A DNA stretch of 64,000 nt from Mobula hypostoma. Lineage: Eukaryota. Both the position numbers and the translations under genes were made by a program. The stretch covers positions 49,850,001 to 49,914,000 of the forward strand of contig NC_086108.1 in NCBI RefSeq assembly GCF_963921235.1. Direction: 5' to 3'. This document shows positions 39,600 to 51,648 of this stretch, in pieces; the stretch's first letter is position 1; each line of letters opens with the position of its first letter. Below the pieces are notes generated by a model that was given only the letters and a program-made list of their open reading frames with translations, had not been told where the DNA came from and ran no database searches.

Positions 39600-41440
39600 A
39601 TTTTTATCCTTGAATACATTCAGTGGAGGGTGGAATTACAAAAATTAGCCTCCATCTTAAATAGTCATCCCCCTATTCTGAAACAATGTCCTCTCATTTG
39701 TGATTCTCTCAGCATCAATCTTGAGAAAACTCTCAGAATCTTATTTGTCTTGTTGGTCACTTCATACTTCTAAGTTCCATTAAGTGTGCACCCAAATTGT
39801 TCAGCATATTTATAAGTCAACTCCTTCATCCAGGAAGGGATTAGTTAACCTTCTCTGAACCGTGTCCAGTGAAAGTACATAAGAAAGCCAGAACTACATG
39901 CAACACACACAAGATGCTGGTGGAACGCAGCAGGCCAGGCAGCATCTTTCGGAAGAGGTACAGTCGACGTTTCGGGTCGAGGGGGTGTGTGTGTGTGTTC
40001 CTTGAATTTCCAGCATCTGCAGATTTTCTTGTGTTTGCCAAAACTACATGCATGTGTTACATCATCCATTCCCTGAACAGTTGTACCAAGATTTCATGTA
40101 TATGCTTAGCCAGAATTCTTCATACAGCAATATTCTGTGGACTTTTTCTATTTGTTCCTTTTATATTCTTCCTACTAAAGTGGATAAATTCACATCACCA
40201 CACTTATATTCCACATATCACAACTGTGCGCACTTGTTTCACCTATTGCCCTTTAACGGACTCTTCACAACTTGCTTTCTTGTCTAGCTTTTGTATCATT
40301 AGTAAATTTGGCAACAATGTACCCAAAACCTTCATTAAATCATGAATACAGGTTGTAAATAGTTGAGTCTTCAACAATAAGACCTTTGGCTTCCCGCTAA
40401 CTCTTGCTTGTATACTAAAAATAACCAGTGTGTCTGAACTCACATCGCTGCAGGTTATCCAAAGCTTTTTCCATGTCAATATATTATACCAAAACATATC
40501 CCCAAGCCACGAGCTCACACTTTGTGCAGCAAACTTTCATATGGCTTTTGGTAACCCAAGCACACATTTACTGGTTTTGCTTTGTCAATGATTCTTTTTC
40601 CTCAAAGAACACTAATAAATCTGTTAAACATTATTTCCCTTTCCTAGAACCACATTATTGGCTTGATTAGCTTGTACTATTCCAAATGTCCTGCCACCAC
40701 TGCCTTAATACTGTAATGGATTCTCACATTTTCTCAATGCTAGAAGTCAGCCAATTGGGCTGACAGTTTCCTGACTGTTGTTTTCCTCTCCTACTCAGTA
40801 GAGCTATGTTATTTATGGCAGTCCAAATCCACTGGACCTTTCCAGCAGTCACTTCACTTGACACCATCGATTGCAGGCTCTCAGGTCCAGTTGTGTTGCT
40901 AGCATCAGTATTGTCAGTGTGCCTAGTATCCTTCCTTTAGTTTTAAGTTACTCCTTCCCTTTTCCACCAAGATTGGAATATTTCAGTGTCTTCTACCATC
41001 ACAACATATACAAAATATCTGCTCCAAGTCTGAAATTTCCCTACTTCCCATTATTAATCACCCAATCTCATCCCAAAGGCCCACATTATCTTCGATATTA
41101 TCTTCTTATACCATTGTAGAATAACTTAATTCTTGTTTTTATATTTCTTCTTCATATTTTCTCATGAACTGCCTTCTTTAGGTCATCATTTACCAATTTC
41201 TAAATGTTCTCTCTCTTCTGCCCTTTGATTAAACTTTGCAACATTAAATGCCCTTTCTTTCAATTTGTTACCATCCTTAACATTATTATTTCAGTAGTTT
41301 ATTAGAAGAATCTCCTTCCTCTTTGAACTTTATTTCTCTGTGGAATGTATCTTTGTTCAGAGTTATGTAAATCTCTTGAAATGTCTCCAACTGTTTACCT
41401 TTGAGTGTAACTATTAATCCCAGTCTGCTTTCAACAGTCC
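39600..41440 (-). mobile_element. Old CR1 ORF2 fragment hosting a Penelope-like insertion
   Basis: tttgtatcattagtaaatttggcaac (reverse complement encodes VAKFTNDTK); ccaaagcttttt (DF.KA region). Confidence 0.65.
39903..40036. mobile_element. Short inverted Penelope-like insertion with 16-bp TSD
   Basis: gccagaactacatgca (39887-39902) / gccaaaactacatgca (40037-40052); antisense 3' segment joined to a sense tail. Confidence 0.85.
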
Positions 41441-41724
41441 AATTGACTCAGTCGTGTAAGGAATATAGAGAGACACAGACCAGCCAAAATGACAAGCTTT
41501 GTTCAGATATTAGAGGGTCAACAGGCAACACAAAAAAATCCTCCAGCATTATAAGATGCAATTAAGACAAAATCCTCTGGTCACAGAATAGCAACAATCA
41601 CAGCCTACTGTGGTTGCTTGGTGATACCTTGATCCCTGTACATAACAGCAATCCTGTTCTTAATGATGTACTCATTCAGGTTTTTGTGTTTTGAAAGGAA
41701 TTGATAATATATATATTTTTTAAT

Positions 41725-41940
41725 TGAGATACAGTGTGGAATAGGCTCTTCTGGACCTTTGAGTCACGCCAACCAGCAAACACCTGATTTAATACCAGGC
41801 TAATCACAGGACTATACAATAACCAACTAACCTACCAACCGTTATGTCTTTGGACTGTGGGAGGAAACTGGAGCACCCAGGGAAACCCATGCAGTCACGG
41901 GGAAAAGGTACAAACTCCTTACAAGCAGTGGTGGGATCAG
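41725..41940 (-). mobile_element. V-SINE-like element
   Basis: tctttggactgtgggaggaaactggagcacccagggaaacccatgcagtcacgggga. Confidence 0.7.
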
Positions 41941-42365
41941 CAGCTAAAAGATTGCCTCAAGACATTTCAAATAGTTCAATTTAATATCAGAGGATGTATA
42001 CAGTGTGCGACCTGAATACCTACCTGGATTTTTTTTGGCGCCAGCATGTGTGCTGTTAATTGTGATTTATGAGAAAAAGCAGGGAATAAAATAATTACGA
42101 TTTATATTTAACCACCAGCTTACAAATCTTGTTTCCATTACTTGCATTCAAAATTAATACAGCAGAGCATTTTTACTAAACTTATAGCATCACACCATAA
42201 GATATTTAAAGTCTTACTCTCTTCCCCAACCTCACAAACTTATTTGCTTCATCTGAAATTCTCGGAAAATACTGAAAAAAAATTAACAGACTCAATTTAT
42301 GTCATATTGCCCAAATCATCTCCTTGAGGAAAAAATATTTTTAAAATCATTTAAGTTATCTGTCA

Positions 42366-42566
42366 CCAAAGTTGCTGATGAACGCAGCAGGCCAGGCAGC
42401 ATCTCTAGGAAGAGGTACAGTTGACGTTTCAGGCCGAGACCCTTCGTCAGGACTAGTCCAAAACGTTGACTGTACCTCTTCCTAGAGATGCTGCCTGGCC
42501 TGCTGAGTTCACCAGCAACTTTGATGTGTGTTGCTTGAATTTCCAGCATCTGCAGAATTCCTGTTG
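42366..42566. mobile_element. Palindromic Penelope-like insertion with perfect 16-bp TSD
   Basis: tttaagttatctgtca at 42350-42365 and 42567-42582; arms ~42367-42430 and ~42461-42523 are near-perfect inverted repeats. Confidence 0.92.
42418..42455 (-). ncRNA. Minimal type I hammerhead ribozyme motif with intact core
   Basis: Minus strand tagtc-CTGACGA-agg-gtctcgg-cct-GAAA-c-GTC-aactg; one mismatch in stem I. Confidence 0.7.
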
Positions 42567-42714
42567 TTTAAGTTATCTGTCATGTGTTTTGTTAAATGCA
42601 ATTACCTGTATTCCAGTTAGTAATTCTTCAACATTTGGAACTATCTGGAAGTTTCAGTTAGATACTAAGTGGTCATGGTATAGCTTACTGTTCCTTAGGA
42701 AGACCATATTGAGG

Positions 42715-43120
42715 GGAAATTTGAGCATAACAAAGCCAAAGACCAGCAGTTGGAAGAGCAGTGCCAGAGACAGGGACGGAGGGCACGATGTGAGCCTTTA
42801 GAGGTTTTGCTGGTTGCTTGCCGTGCAGAACTTATTCTCTCCTTGGCATTACGGGGTAGGGCGGGTAGGATGCTGCAAAGAAAAGCACTACCAGGACCGT
42901 CATTGAGCCTGCTGAGAAAGCCTCCAAATGGTTATGGGTCAGGAGGTGTGACCTGTGGACCAAGCTGCTGGGACATAAGCCAGGGCCTGATCAACCCTGG
43001 CTGGGCCCCCTGGGTGAGGGTGCCTGATGTTGAAAGACCCAAAACACCCGATGCCCCCAGGTTACATCACCTGGGATGATGTGTCCCAACGCATCCTAGG
43101 ATGCATCCCAGCATCAAGTG
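42715..43120 (+). mobile_element. Hero/R4-type non-LTR retrotransposon 3' end (restriction-like endonuclease C-terminus plus 3' UTR)
   Basis: KAKDQQLEEQCQRQGRRARCEPLE/GFAG....RTYSLLGITG/AEKASKWLWVRR across frameshifts. Confidence 0.75.
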
Positions 43121-45064
43121 ATTACTTTGTAGAATCCAAACACTGCAGTTTCAAGTTGAAGACTGACACGTTGTTTTAATCATTCCTAGTGGAAATTATT
43201 TTTATGAATCCATAAAGCTTGAAATGGTTGACACGGAATCTGTACAAAGGAGTGTTCTATGTCTAATGCACTTTTCCAAGCATATACCTTAAAGATACGT
43301 AGCAATCAGAAAAAGCGAAAGGTGAATAGGAAAAACAGAAATGAAATAACCAACTGTTCATAGGTAGTGGCCCAGACTGAGGGGGAGGGGGATCTTTTCA
43401 ATATGTCCCTTCCCTTCCCTTCCCAAGTCCTTTGAGGAATACAATTTTATTTTAAAGATTGAGAACATAAGAGTTTAATATGTCTATAAAACATCTTTCA
43501 ATCCAAGATCTGATCCAGTAGTGAGGTGAGTGTAGCAAGTGTAAGTTTTACTCTGTTAGTATTAGATGTACTGTTCTCCATTTCCTTTAATTACACAATT
43601 CATCTGATTACTGATATCGTGTTATTATTAAAAGTGTGCATATCCTTCTCTTTCCAACAAAAGAAAAAAATTACTTATTTATTTTACTTATATCTGTCAG
43701 TAATCCTTCAGTTCACTATCAGTCATTGGATCTCACTACCTTTCAGTACATTTGTCACTAACATACAAAAGAATTCACCACAGAAAGCGCTCCAAGACAA
43801 TCATGGAGAAAATGGCAATGATGTGATTTAGATAGTGCCCTGACGAAGGGTCTTGGTCCAAATCATTTTCTGTTCATTTGCTGCCTGACCCACTGAGCTT
43901 CTTCTGCAGGGTCTGTGTGTTGATTTCACTGGGAAACTTTCCTCTCTTAAGAGAGCAGACACTTCTTTTTTCCAACCTATTTATGTTCATGAGTGACATA
44001 CAAACCAGGGACACTTGCTGGTTTTAGTCACTCTACTCTGATATTGAATGTGAAGTTGCTCTTCCAATTGGAAGTTGAAAAGTTCAAAAATATTGAGTTA
44101 CCTTCCTAAGAAGCCAAAATATACTATCTTTGTGCAAATGTGAAATTTCAGCCGAATTTGTATCTATGCCAAATGTGTTCACACATAGCAAAAGGTTTGC
44201 CTTTGGCTCAACCCCCCCCCCCCCCCACCCAGCTTGTCCACCCTGATTACTAAGGGCAAGTGTAAGCAGGGCAAGGTGCTGTTCTTCTCAAATAAACACA
44301 AAATGTATGTTCACTGGGAGATTATAGAAGAGTATGTATGGCTCACTCTGTGACATTAAGGATACGTACATGCCTCCAAAGTCAGCAAATTTAAAGTCCT
44401 CTGCATAGCATTGCCTTTAAAGCAGATACAGTAAGCAGAGATTAATCATTAACTGCATGGCTTCCTATTACAGAACTGTCAGCTAAACAGCAGGATAACT
44501 GTGTGAAGCACTTTGCATTTTTTTAAACTTTTAGTTTGGATTAAAGAAAATGTTGTGAAGGAGATAATTGTTGTAATTCAGTGGAATAGCAAAAATGAAA
44601 AACGGTTTGAAAGAGAGAACAAAATCTTGAATAATTTCTTATGCACAGCCGACGTGATGGAGGAACTGCACACAGCTCTGAAAATGGGGCTGGGTTTTTA
44701 GCATTATCTATAGTTTATCCAGGAATGCATACTCATCTTACGCAGCTTGTGATCAACTCCTTTCAAAATAAAAAGCACGAATATCAGAGCATCATTAAAA
44801 AAAAACAACACATTTCCCAAGGAGTGGGTTTTAAATTTGTGATCATACCTTGTCTCAATTTTCAACTGGAATTTTTATGTGGTGAACTGAACCTAACGGC
44901 TTTCATCAAAACCAGTGAGTAGCAGATGTGGTCTCTCTATATCTGAAGATTTTTGAAACCTAATTTAGCCCATGAAACCTGATCATACATGTTCACAATA
45001 TGCACACAAATTAGGAATTTTTCATATTTACAAAGTTAATGAAAGACTCTTTATAAGAACACAA

Positions 45065-45660
45065 GGACTGAAGAAATAAGAAGCAGGACGCAGCCTTTTA
45101 GCCCTTTATTTCCGTTCCACAATTGAATGAAATGATGGCTAATGTTTTATCTCAGTGCCACCTTCCAGAAATAGCCTCATATCTCTTCATTCCTTTAACA
45201 TCTAGACATTTCTACCTTGAATAAACTCAGTGCCTAAGGCCGTTTAGATAGGGAATTCCAAAGGTTTGCAACCCTATGGTTGAAGAAATGTTTCCATATC
45301 CAGGTTATGAATAATGATCCATTATGTTGAGACTGTGAGCCCTGTTTCCAGACGTCCCAGCCAGGGAAAATATTATTGTGGCATTTCTGTAAGAATATAT
45401 ATATTTCAATCAGATACCATTTCATTCTCAATGCAGAAATATGGGCACGGTCTGTCTGAACTCTCCTCACAGAACAAACACCACAACCCAGGAACTTTCA
45501 TTGCACTCACTATCACAAGTCATGTCCTCACTTAGAAAGATCAGACCCATACCCAATATTGCAGGTGCAGTGCTCTATATAATTGCAGTCTGACATGTTA
45601 TCTCCCCATTTCTCCTTCCTAATTGCTTGCTGTACCTGCATGTTAGTTGTTGGTAAATTA
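45065..45660 (-). mobile_element. Old CR1 3' end
   Basis: Minus strand HFFNHRVANLWNSL; CR1-type 3' UTR. Confidence 0.7.
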
Positions 45661-46739
45661 ACAACTCTTCAGCAAGTGAATTTCCTTTAATTTAAATACA
45701 GCAGAATAACATTCATAACATATTTATTAGAATCACATAATTTTCATACAACTTGGGAGCTCTGCAGCAGCATTGATTATTTAAAAAGTGACTCCTGTTT
45801 AAAATGACATCAAATCACAATTAACATTATTGTCATGGTTATATTTTTCTCTCAAGAAAATTTCTTTACTGAAATTGCAAACAGACTTTGCTTAACGGAT
45901 TTCCTTTTCAAGATTGTACGCTTTAGAGCAATTGAAGCAAATGAGTTCAAGAGCCCTGTTTCCAATGAATACACAAGGCAGAAAAACAACATTGAATGAC
46001 GACTACACTGTAATGCCAGCAAGAGTTTTAAAAACTGTAAACTATCCTTTAATGGTGAAAGGATTGTTTAAAATAAAAAAGAAAAAGAAAAAAGCCATCC
46101 TGGTGATGCCCGCATATAACGATGAAAGAAATCAATGTGTGTGAAAATCATTGAGGGCCTGCAGTGTTGGCTTTACGATATTACACTCAGGTTTTCAATA
46201 ACAAAGCGAAACAAAGGTCTTTATAAATGCAAAACAATGATTGAAGCATAAATAGGGGTCTCACTTCACCACTTTCAATTTGTTACGTGCAAGACCCCAG
46301 ATGGAGACAAGATTTTGGGAAAAGGCATTACTGTGTTTTGTGCCATATGTGCCAGATGACTAAAAGCCTTCTTGTGGGTGGTGGCATTTACCAAGGTGAA
46401 AAGTGGGTGTTGGTTGAAGAATGTTTTATATACATGTCAATTTCCCATGATTGATGAACATTATTCTCATTAAAGATAAATGGAAAGGATCTCTTGGTAT
46501 AATACAGAATAAAATATAAATGAAACCACAGTAATGCTAAATACCAAACCAGCTCAATAATTTTTAGGGCAGAGAAACTGCTAGATGCTATTCTAGTCCT
46601 ACAATATATGATTGATTCTTAATACCACCAAGGCAAGAATAGCATAAAAGTAAATGTAGTCTTGCCTCATTTCTTACATTCTTGGAATATATAAAGAATG
46701 ATATATAAATTTTCTTTTGCTTATATACATCAAAGCAAA

Positions 46740-48705
46740 TGGGGTTTGAGTAGAGTGGCCATTGTGTGAGAGGACAGTGTTAGAGTGGTCAGGCTTTGGC
46801 AAGAACAGGTGCCGGCTAGAACTTAAGTTTGAGAAGTCAGAGGCATAACAAGTGTAGGCAGGGTGGTAGTTCGGGCATTGGAATGCTCCTCCTGTGAGAT
46901 ATGGGATTTCCTGCTACCTAATGGTCTCCCTGATGACCACAACTGAAGGAAATACAACCAATTTCAGCTCCTGACTGACAAGGTCAAGGAAATGGAGCAG
47001 GAGCTGAATGCACCAAGGACCATTAAAGAGGCTGAAAACTTCATACATGAGTCTTTTACTGAGGTGGTCACACTCAGAGTGCAGGCTTCAGATAGGAGAT
47101 GGGCCATCACCAGGAGAGGTAATGGGAATAAGCAGACAGTGCAGGGTTCCGCTGTGGCCATTCCCCTCAGCAACAAGTATAACCCTTTGGATACTGCTGG
47201 GCGGGATGATCTATCAGGGCACAGCAGCAGCAGCCAGGCCAGTGGCACTGTGGCCAGTTCAGAGGGTCAGCAGGGAAGGGTAAAGTCAGGCAGAACGGTA
47301 GTGATAGGAAACTCCATACTTAGGGGGACAGACAGTGGATTCTGTGGCCGTGAAAGAAAAGCCAGGATGGTGTGTTGCCTCCCAGGGGCTAGGGTCCAGG
47401 ATGTCTTACAACAGCTGAAGAAGATTTTCAAGAAGGAGGGTGAAAAGCCAAAGGTCATGGGGGCATATTGGCACCAATAACATAGGTAGACAGGGAGAAC
47501 AAGGTCCAGGCAATTAGTATGGGGAGCTAGGAAAAAGGCTGAAGAGCAGGAACTGAAAGGTGGTAATCTCAGGATTGCTGCTAGAGAGGACAGGAACAGC
47601 ATGTTAGAACTGATGAATGAGTGGCTGAGAAAGTGGTGCAGGGGGCAGGGTTTCAGTTTTATGCATTATTGGGATTTCTTCTGGGGAAAGTATGACCAGA
47701 ACAAAAAGGATGGGTTAGACCTGAACCCAAGGCCACCCAATATACTTGTGGGAACATTTGCTAGAACTATTGGGGAGGGTTTAAACTAAGTTAGCATGGG
47801 GAAGGGAATCAGAGTGATAGATGAGGCAGTTGGTATACAAGTCGCTGCAGTGTATAGTGAGGATGGGCATGCAGATGATAGGGCAAAATTACAGCTGGTA
47901 GTATGAGTTGAAGTGTAACATTGGGGAAAAATTGAAAATGGCGATGAATACAGGACATATTTGAATGCACGCAGTGTACAGAATAAGGTAGATAATTTTG
48001 CAATGCAGTTAGAGATTTGCAAGTATGACATTGTAGGCATCACTGATGTGTGGCTGAAGGCTGAAAGAAGATCATTGTTGGGAGTTTTAACATCCAAAGA
48101 AACCCCTTGTATTGAAAGGACAGGCAGGCAGGCAGAGGGGGTGGGGTGGCTCTGTAGGTAAAATATCAATCAAATCATTAGAAAGAGGTGGCATAGGATC
48201 AGAAGATGTAGAATCCTTGTGGGTAGAGTTAAGAAACTGCAAGGTTAAAAGACCCTGATGAGAGTTATATACAAGCTTCTGAACAGTAGCCAGGATGAGG
48301 GATACAAGTTTCAATGGGAAATAGAAAAGGCATATAATAAGGGCAATGAAACGATAGTCATGAAGGATTTCAAAATGCAGGTAGATTGGGAAAATCAAGT
48401 TGGTGCTTGATCCCAAAAGAGGAAATTTATAGAATACCTACGAGATAGCTTTTTAGAGCAGCTTGTAGTTCAGCCCTCTCGGAAAAAGTCATTTCTGGAT
48501 TGAGTGCTGTGTAAAGAACCAGATTTGATTAGGAAATTTAAGGTAAAGAAATACTTGGGAGGCACTGATTATAATATGATAGAATTCACACAGCAGTTTA
48601 AAAGAAAGAAAACAAAAGTCAGATGTATCAGTACAAAATGGAACAAACAAAATTACAGAGGTATTATAGAGGAGCTGCCTAAAGTTGATTAGAAGGGCTC
48701 ACTAG
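46740..48705 (+). mobile_element. CR1 LINE 5' half: ORF1 (zinc-finger remnant plus SGNH esterase-like domain) and ORF2 endonuclease, decayed
   Basis: ECSSCEIW; IPLSNKYNPL; VVIGNSILRGTD..FCG..RMVCCLPGARVQDV; DGLDLN; LNARSVQNKVD..YDIVGITDVWL. Confidence 0.9.
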
Positions 48706-48789
48706 CAGATCCAGAAACACAGGAGCTGGGATGTGTGTGTTTAATTCCTTTTATTTATTGAAGCACTCACATATGAGTGCAGGAGGCGA

Positions 48790-49416
48790 GACGAAGATGG
48801 TGGCGCGACGCAGCGCACGCAGCCGCTCCGGAATGATATCGGTATTTGTTAAGTAGGTACCGTGCACAATTCTGAATTGATGGAGACAGACGTGGGAAGC
48901 ACGGAGGAACATCTGGAGAAACCTCTGAAATGCCCGCTTCGCTGCCGCTGCTACTGTGCAGTTGAGAATCTCTGGAGGGGAAGGCCCCAAATCCTCGGCT
49001 TTGCCTATTGCTTGGCGGCCGGGGACGGGGTCAGAGCGCTCGACAGAGATGGTACTCGGTGCTCGGTGTTGGAGGGCTGGTCAGAGGCTCAAAGTTTTCA
49101 GATGGACTCAAGAGTCAGCTGTGGTCGGGTGCTTCCAGGGTGCGGCATCGGCAAGTTTGCAGCACTGGAGGTTCATGGCAGGAAGAGTTTTCTTCCTTCT
49201 ACTGTCTGCGTGAGATGATGGGACTTCCGAGAGACTTTGAGACTTTTTTTTTACCGTGTCCATGGTCTGTTCTTTATCAAATTACAGTATTGCTTTGCAC
49301 TGTTGTAACTATATGTTATAATTATGTGGTTTTTGTCAGTTTTTCAGTCTTGGTTTGTCTCGTGTTTCTGTGATATCATACTGGAGGAACATTGTATCAT
49401 TTCTTAATGCATGCAT
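48790..49416 (+). mobile_element. CpG-rich non-autonomous interspersed element (SINE-like), family not determined
   Basis: Sharp CpG-rich start aagatggtggcgcgacgcagc, then a T-rich tail; sits between two other TE fragments. Confidence 0.45.
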
Positions 49417-49419
49417 GTC

Positions 49420-49790
49420 CTCATAATCTAATCTAATATGACATGGTAGCATTATGACGTACACTATCACATACTTCTTACATACAAACCGAAATAAATT
49501 ATGTAAACAAAGAATGCTTAATCAAACGATATATTTACAATATTACTCAAATGCTACTGAAATATTGAGTACACTACCCTGCTTAGCTATAAACTCCAAA
49601 TCAATATAGACTGCATCTCTACTCAAATAAATAATGTATTGCTCTCTTGTCACCATATATATATAGTGGATGTTGAATGTTAGCAGGTTCCTCGGTTGTG
49701 AAGTGCAAACTTGAGCAAATCCCTAACCTTTCCTCATCGCCTGTACTGTAAGGGATTACTTCATGGCAGAAAATAGCCAGAGCCATCATT
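49420..49790 (-). mobile_element. Gypsy 3' internal region, PPT remnant and partial 3' LTR (family of the 55968 LTR)
   Basis: Reverse complement ..gctaagcaggg|tagtgtactcaatatttcagtagcatttgagtaatattgtaaatat matches the LTR start at 55968. Confidence 0.7.
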
Positions 49791-50194
49791 GAGTCACAGA
49801 GCGATACACCACAGGAGGAAGCTCTTTGGCCATAAAACACCATTTACACCAAACCTACTCTTACTTATTTTATTTTCCCAAATTGCCATCAGCCAGCTCC
49901 GGATTCTACAAGTCACCAACACACTCGAGGATATTTATGGTAGGCAATTAACCTACCATGCTGCACAGCTCTGTGACGTGAGAGGAAACCTATGCAGGCA
50001 CAGAGAGAATGTGCCTGCATTCTACATAGACAGTATTGAATCTCAGGACTGAACGCCAGTCTCTGAGGCTGTACCAACTGGACCACCATGCCATTGCCAT
50101 ACACAAACAGTAACATATACTGTATAGGCCAAGTAGTATCATCCACCTGCTCAAAAGGTTTGCCTTCAAGTTACACACAGCAGCTAGACGCCAA

Positions 50195-50812
50195 TTTGTG
50201 ATGGGATGCTGAGGCTTCGTAAGGCACAGGTGAGGCCTCACCTTGAGTATTGTGAACAGTTTTGGGCTCCTCATCTTAGAAGAGATGTGCTGGCATTGGA
50301 GAGGGTTCAGAGGAGATTCACAAGGATGATTCCAGGAATAAAAGGGTTATCATACGAGGAACTTTTGATGGCTCTGGGTCTGTACTCACTGGAATTTAGA
50401 AGGAAGAGGGGGGGGATCTCATTGAAACCTTTTGAATGTTGAAAGGCCTGGACAGAGTAGATATTGAAAGGATGTTTCCCCATGGTGGGAGAGTCTAGGA
50501 CAAGAAGGCACAGCCTCAGGATAGAGGGCTGTCCATTCAAAACAGAGATGTGGAGAAATTTCTTTAGTCAGAGGGTGGTGAATTTGTGGAATTTGTTGCC
50601 ACATGCAGCTGTGGAGGCCAGGTTGTTGAGCGTATTTAATGCAGAGATTGATAGGTTCCTGATTGGACATAGCATCAAAGGTTACGGGGAGAAGGCCGAG
50701 AAATGGGGTTGAGGAGAAGAAAAAAAGTATCAGCCATGATTAAATGGTGAAACAGACTCGATGGGCCAAATGGCCTAATTCTGCTCCTATATCCTATGGT
50801 CTAATTGTCTAA
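50195..50812 (+). mobile_element. CR1 3' end, relatively well preserved
   Basis: VRPHLEYCEQFWAPHLRRDVLALERVQRRFTRMIPG; FFSQRVVNLWNLLP; tail ctcctatatcctatggtctaat. Confidence 0.92.
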
Positions 50813-51648
50813 TGGTTTAATTTTTCTTGCCTTTTGAAAACTGGGGAAACACATGGGAAAAGTTACCTGCTCTCAATCATATACAGGGTAGCCTGGGACT
50901 CCGTTTCTCATATAACTGTAGCTCACTAAATGGAACACAGGCCAACATCAGACTTCCATTAATATTGCCTTTTAATAACAAAGTTCTTGAATGTTTTTTG
51001 CTTGGGGTGATGGGTGCTGACTCCTTCCAAACGGAGCCAGAAGGGGTTCTGAATGTACATAAAGATAAACTTTATTTTTCACAGATATATCGAAACATAC
51101 AGAGAAACGCATCCGTTGCATCAACAACTGACACAGTTCTGGGATGTGCTAGTCTCCATGTGTTGCCATGTTTCTGATACCAACATGTGTCACTTAGAAT
51201 TTAGGTGTCATACAGATATTCTGGGTCCCTGGGTCCACATAATTAATTGGCCTTAATAATCTGAAGTTTGCTTCCTTCAGAATCAAGCAAGAGGCAAGCC
51301 CACAACTGTTGTTTAGCTAGAGAATTAAGTGAATCAGAGCAGCTAGGAATCTCACCGAGATCCTTTCAGTCAATCCATTTTCTGAGTATTTCTTAGGTGT
51401 TGCTGCAATCACTTTTCACTCAGACTGGGAAGAGCTAACAACAAAGCATGATTATTGAAGATAGAAAATATACCATGGCACTTCTGCCAAAGAAACACAA
51501 AGAAATCACTAATATGCAATAAATTATACCATCAGTTAGCTACTCACCCATAGGCAATCTCAAGATTTATGCTATAAATTAACCAGATGTAAATTTATTC
51601 AGTCTTTTAGTCTCCTTGACTACAGAACCTTAAGACTGAAGTAATATA

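Noticed and set aside
43017..43052. Hammerhead in the Hero-type 3' UTR (ctgatg...aaaac)
   Set aside because: Lacks the CUGANGA and GAAA cores and a stem I; kept only as a structured UTR.
48751..49373. Cluster of 80-120 aa ORFs or a CpG-island promoter
   Set aside because: No recognisable domain; overlapping open frames are expected in a GC-rich interspersed element flanked by TE fragments.
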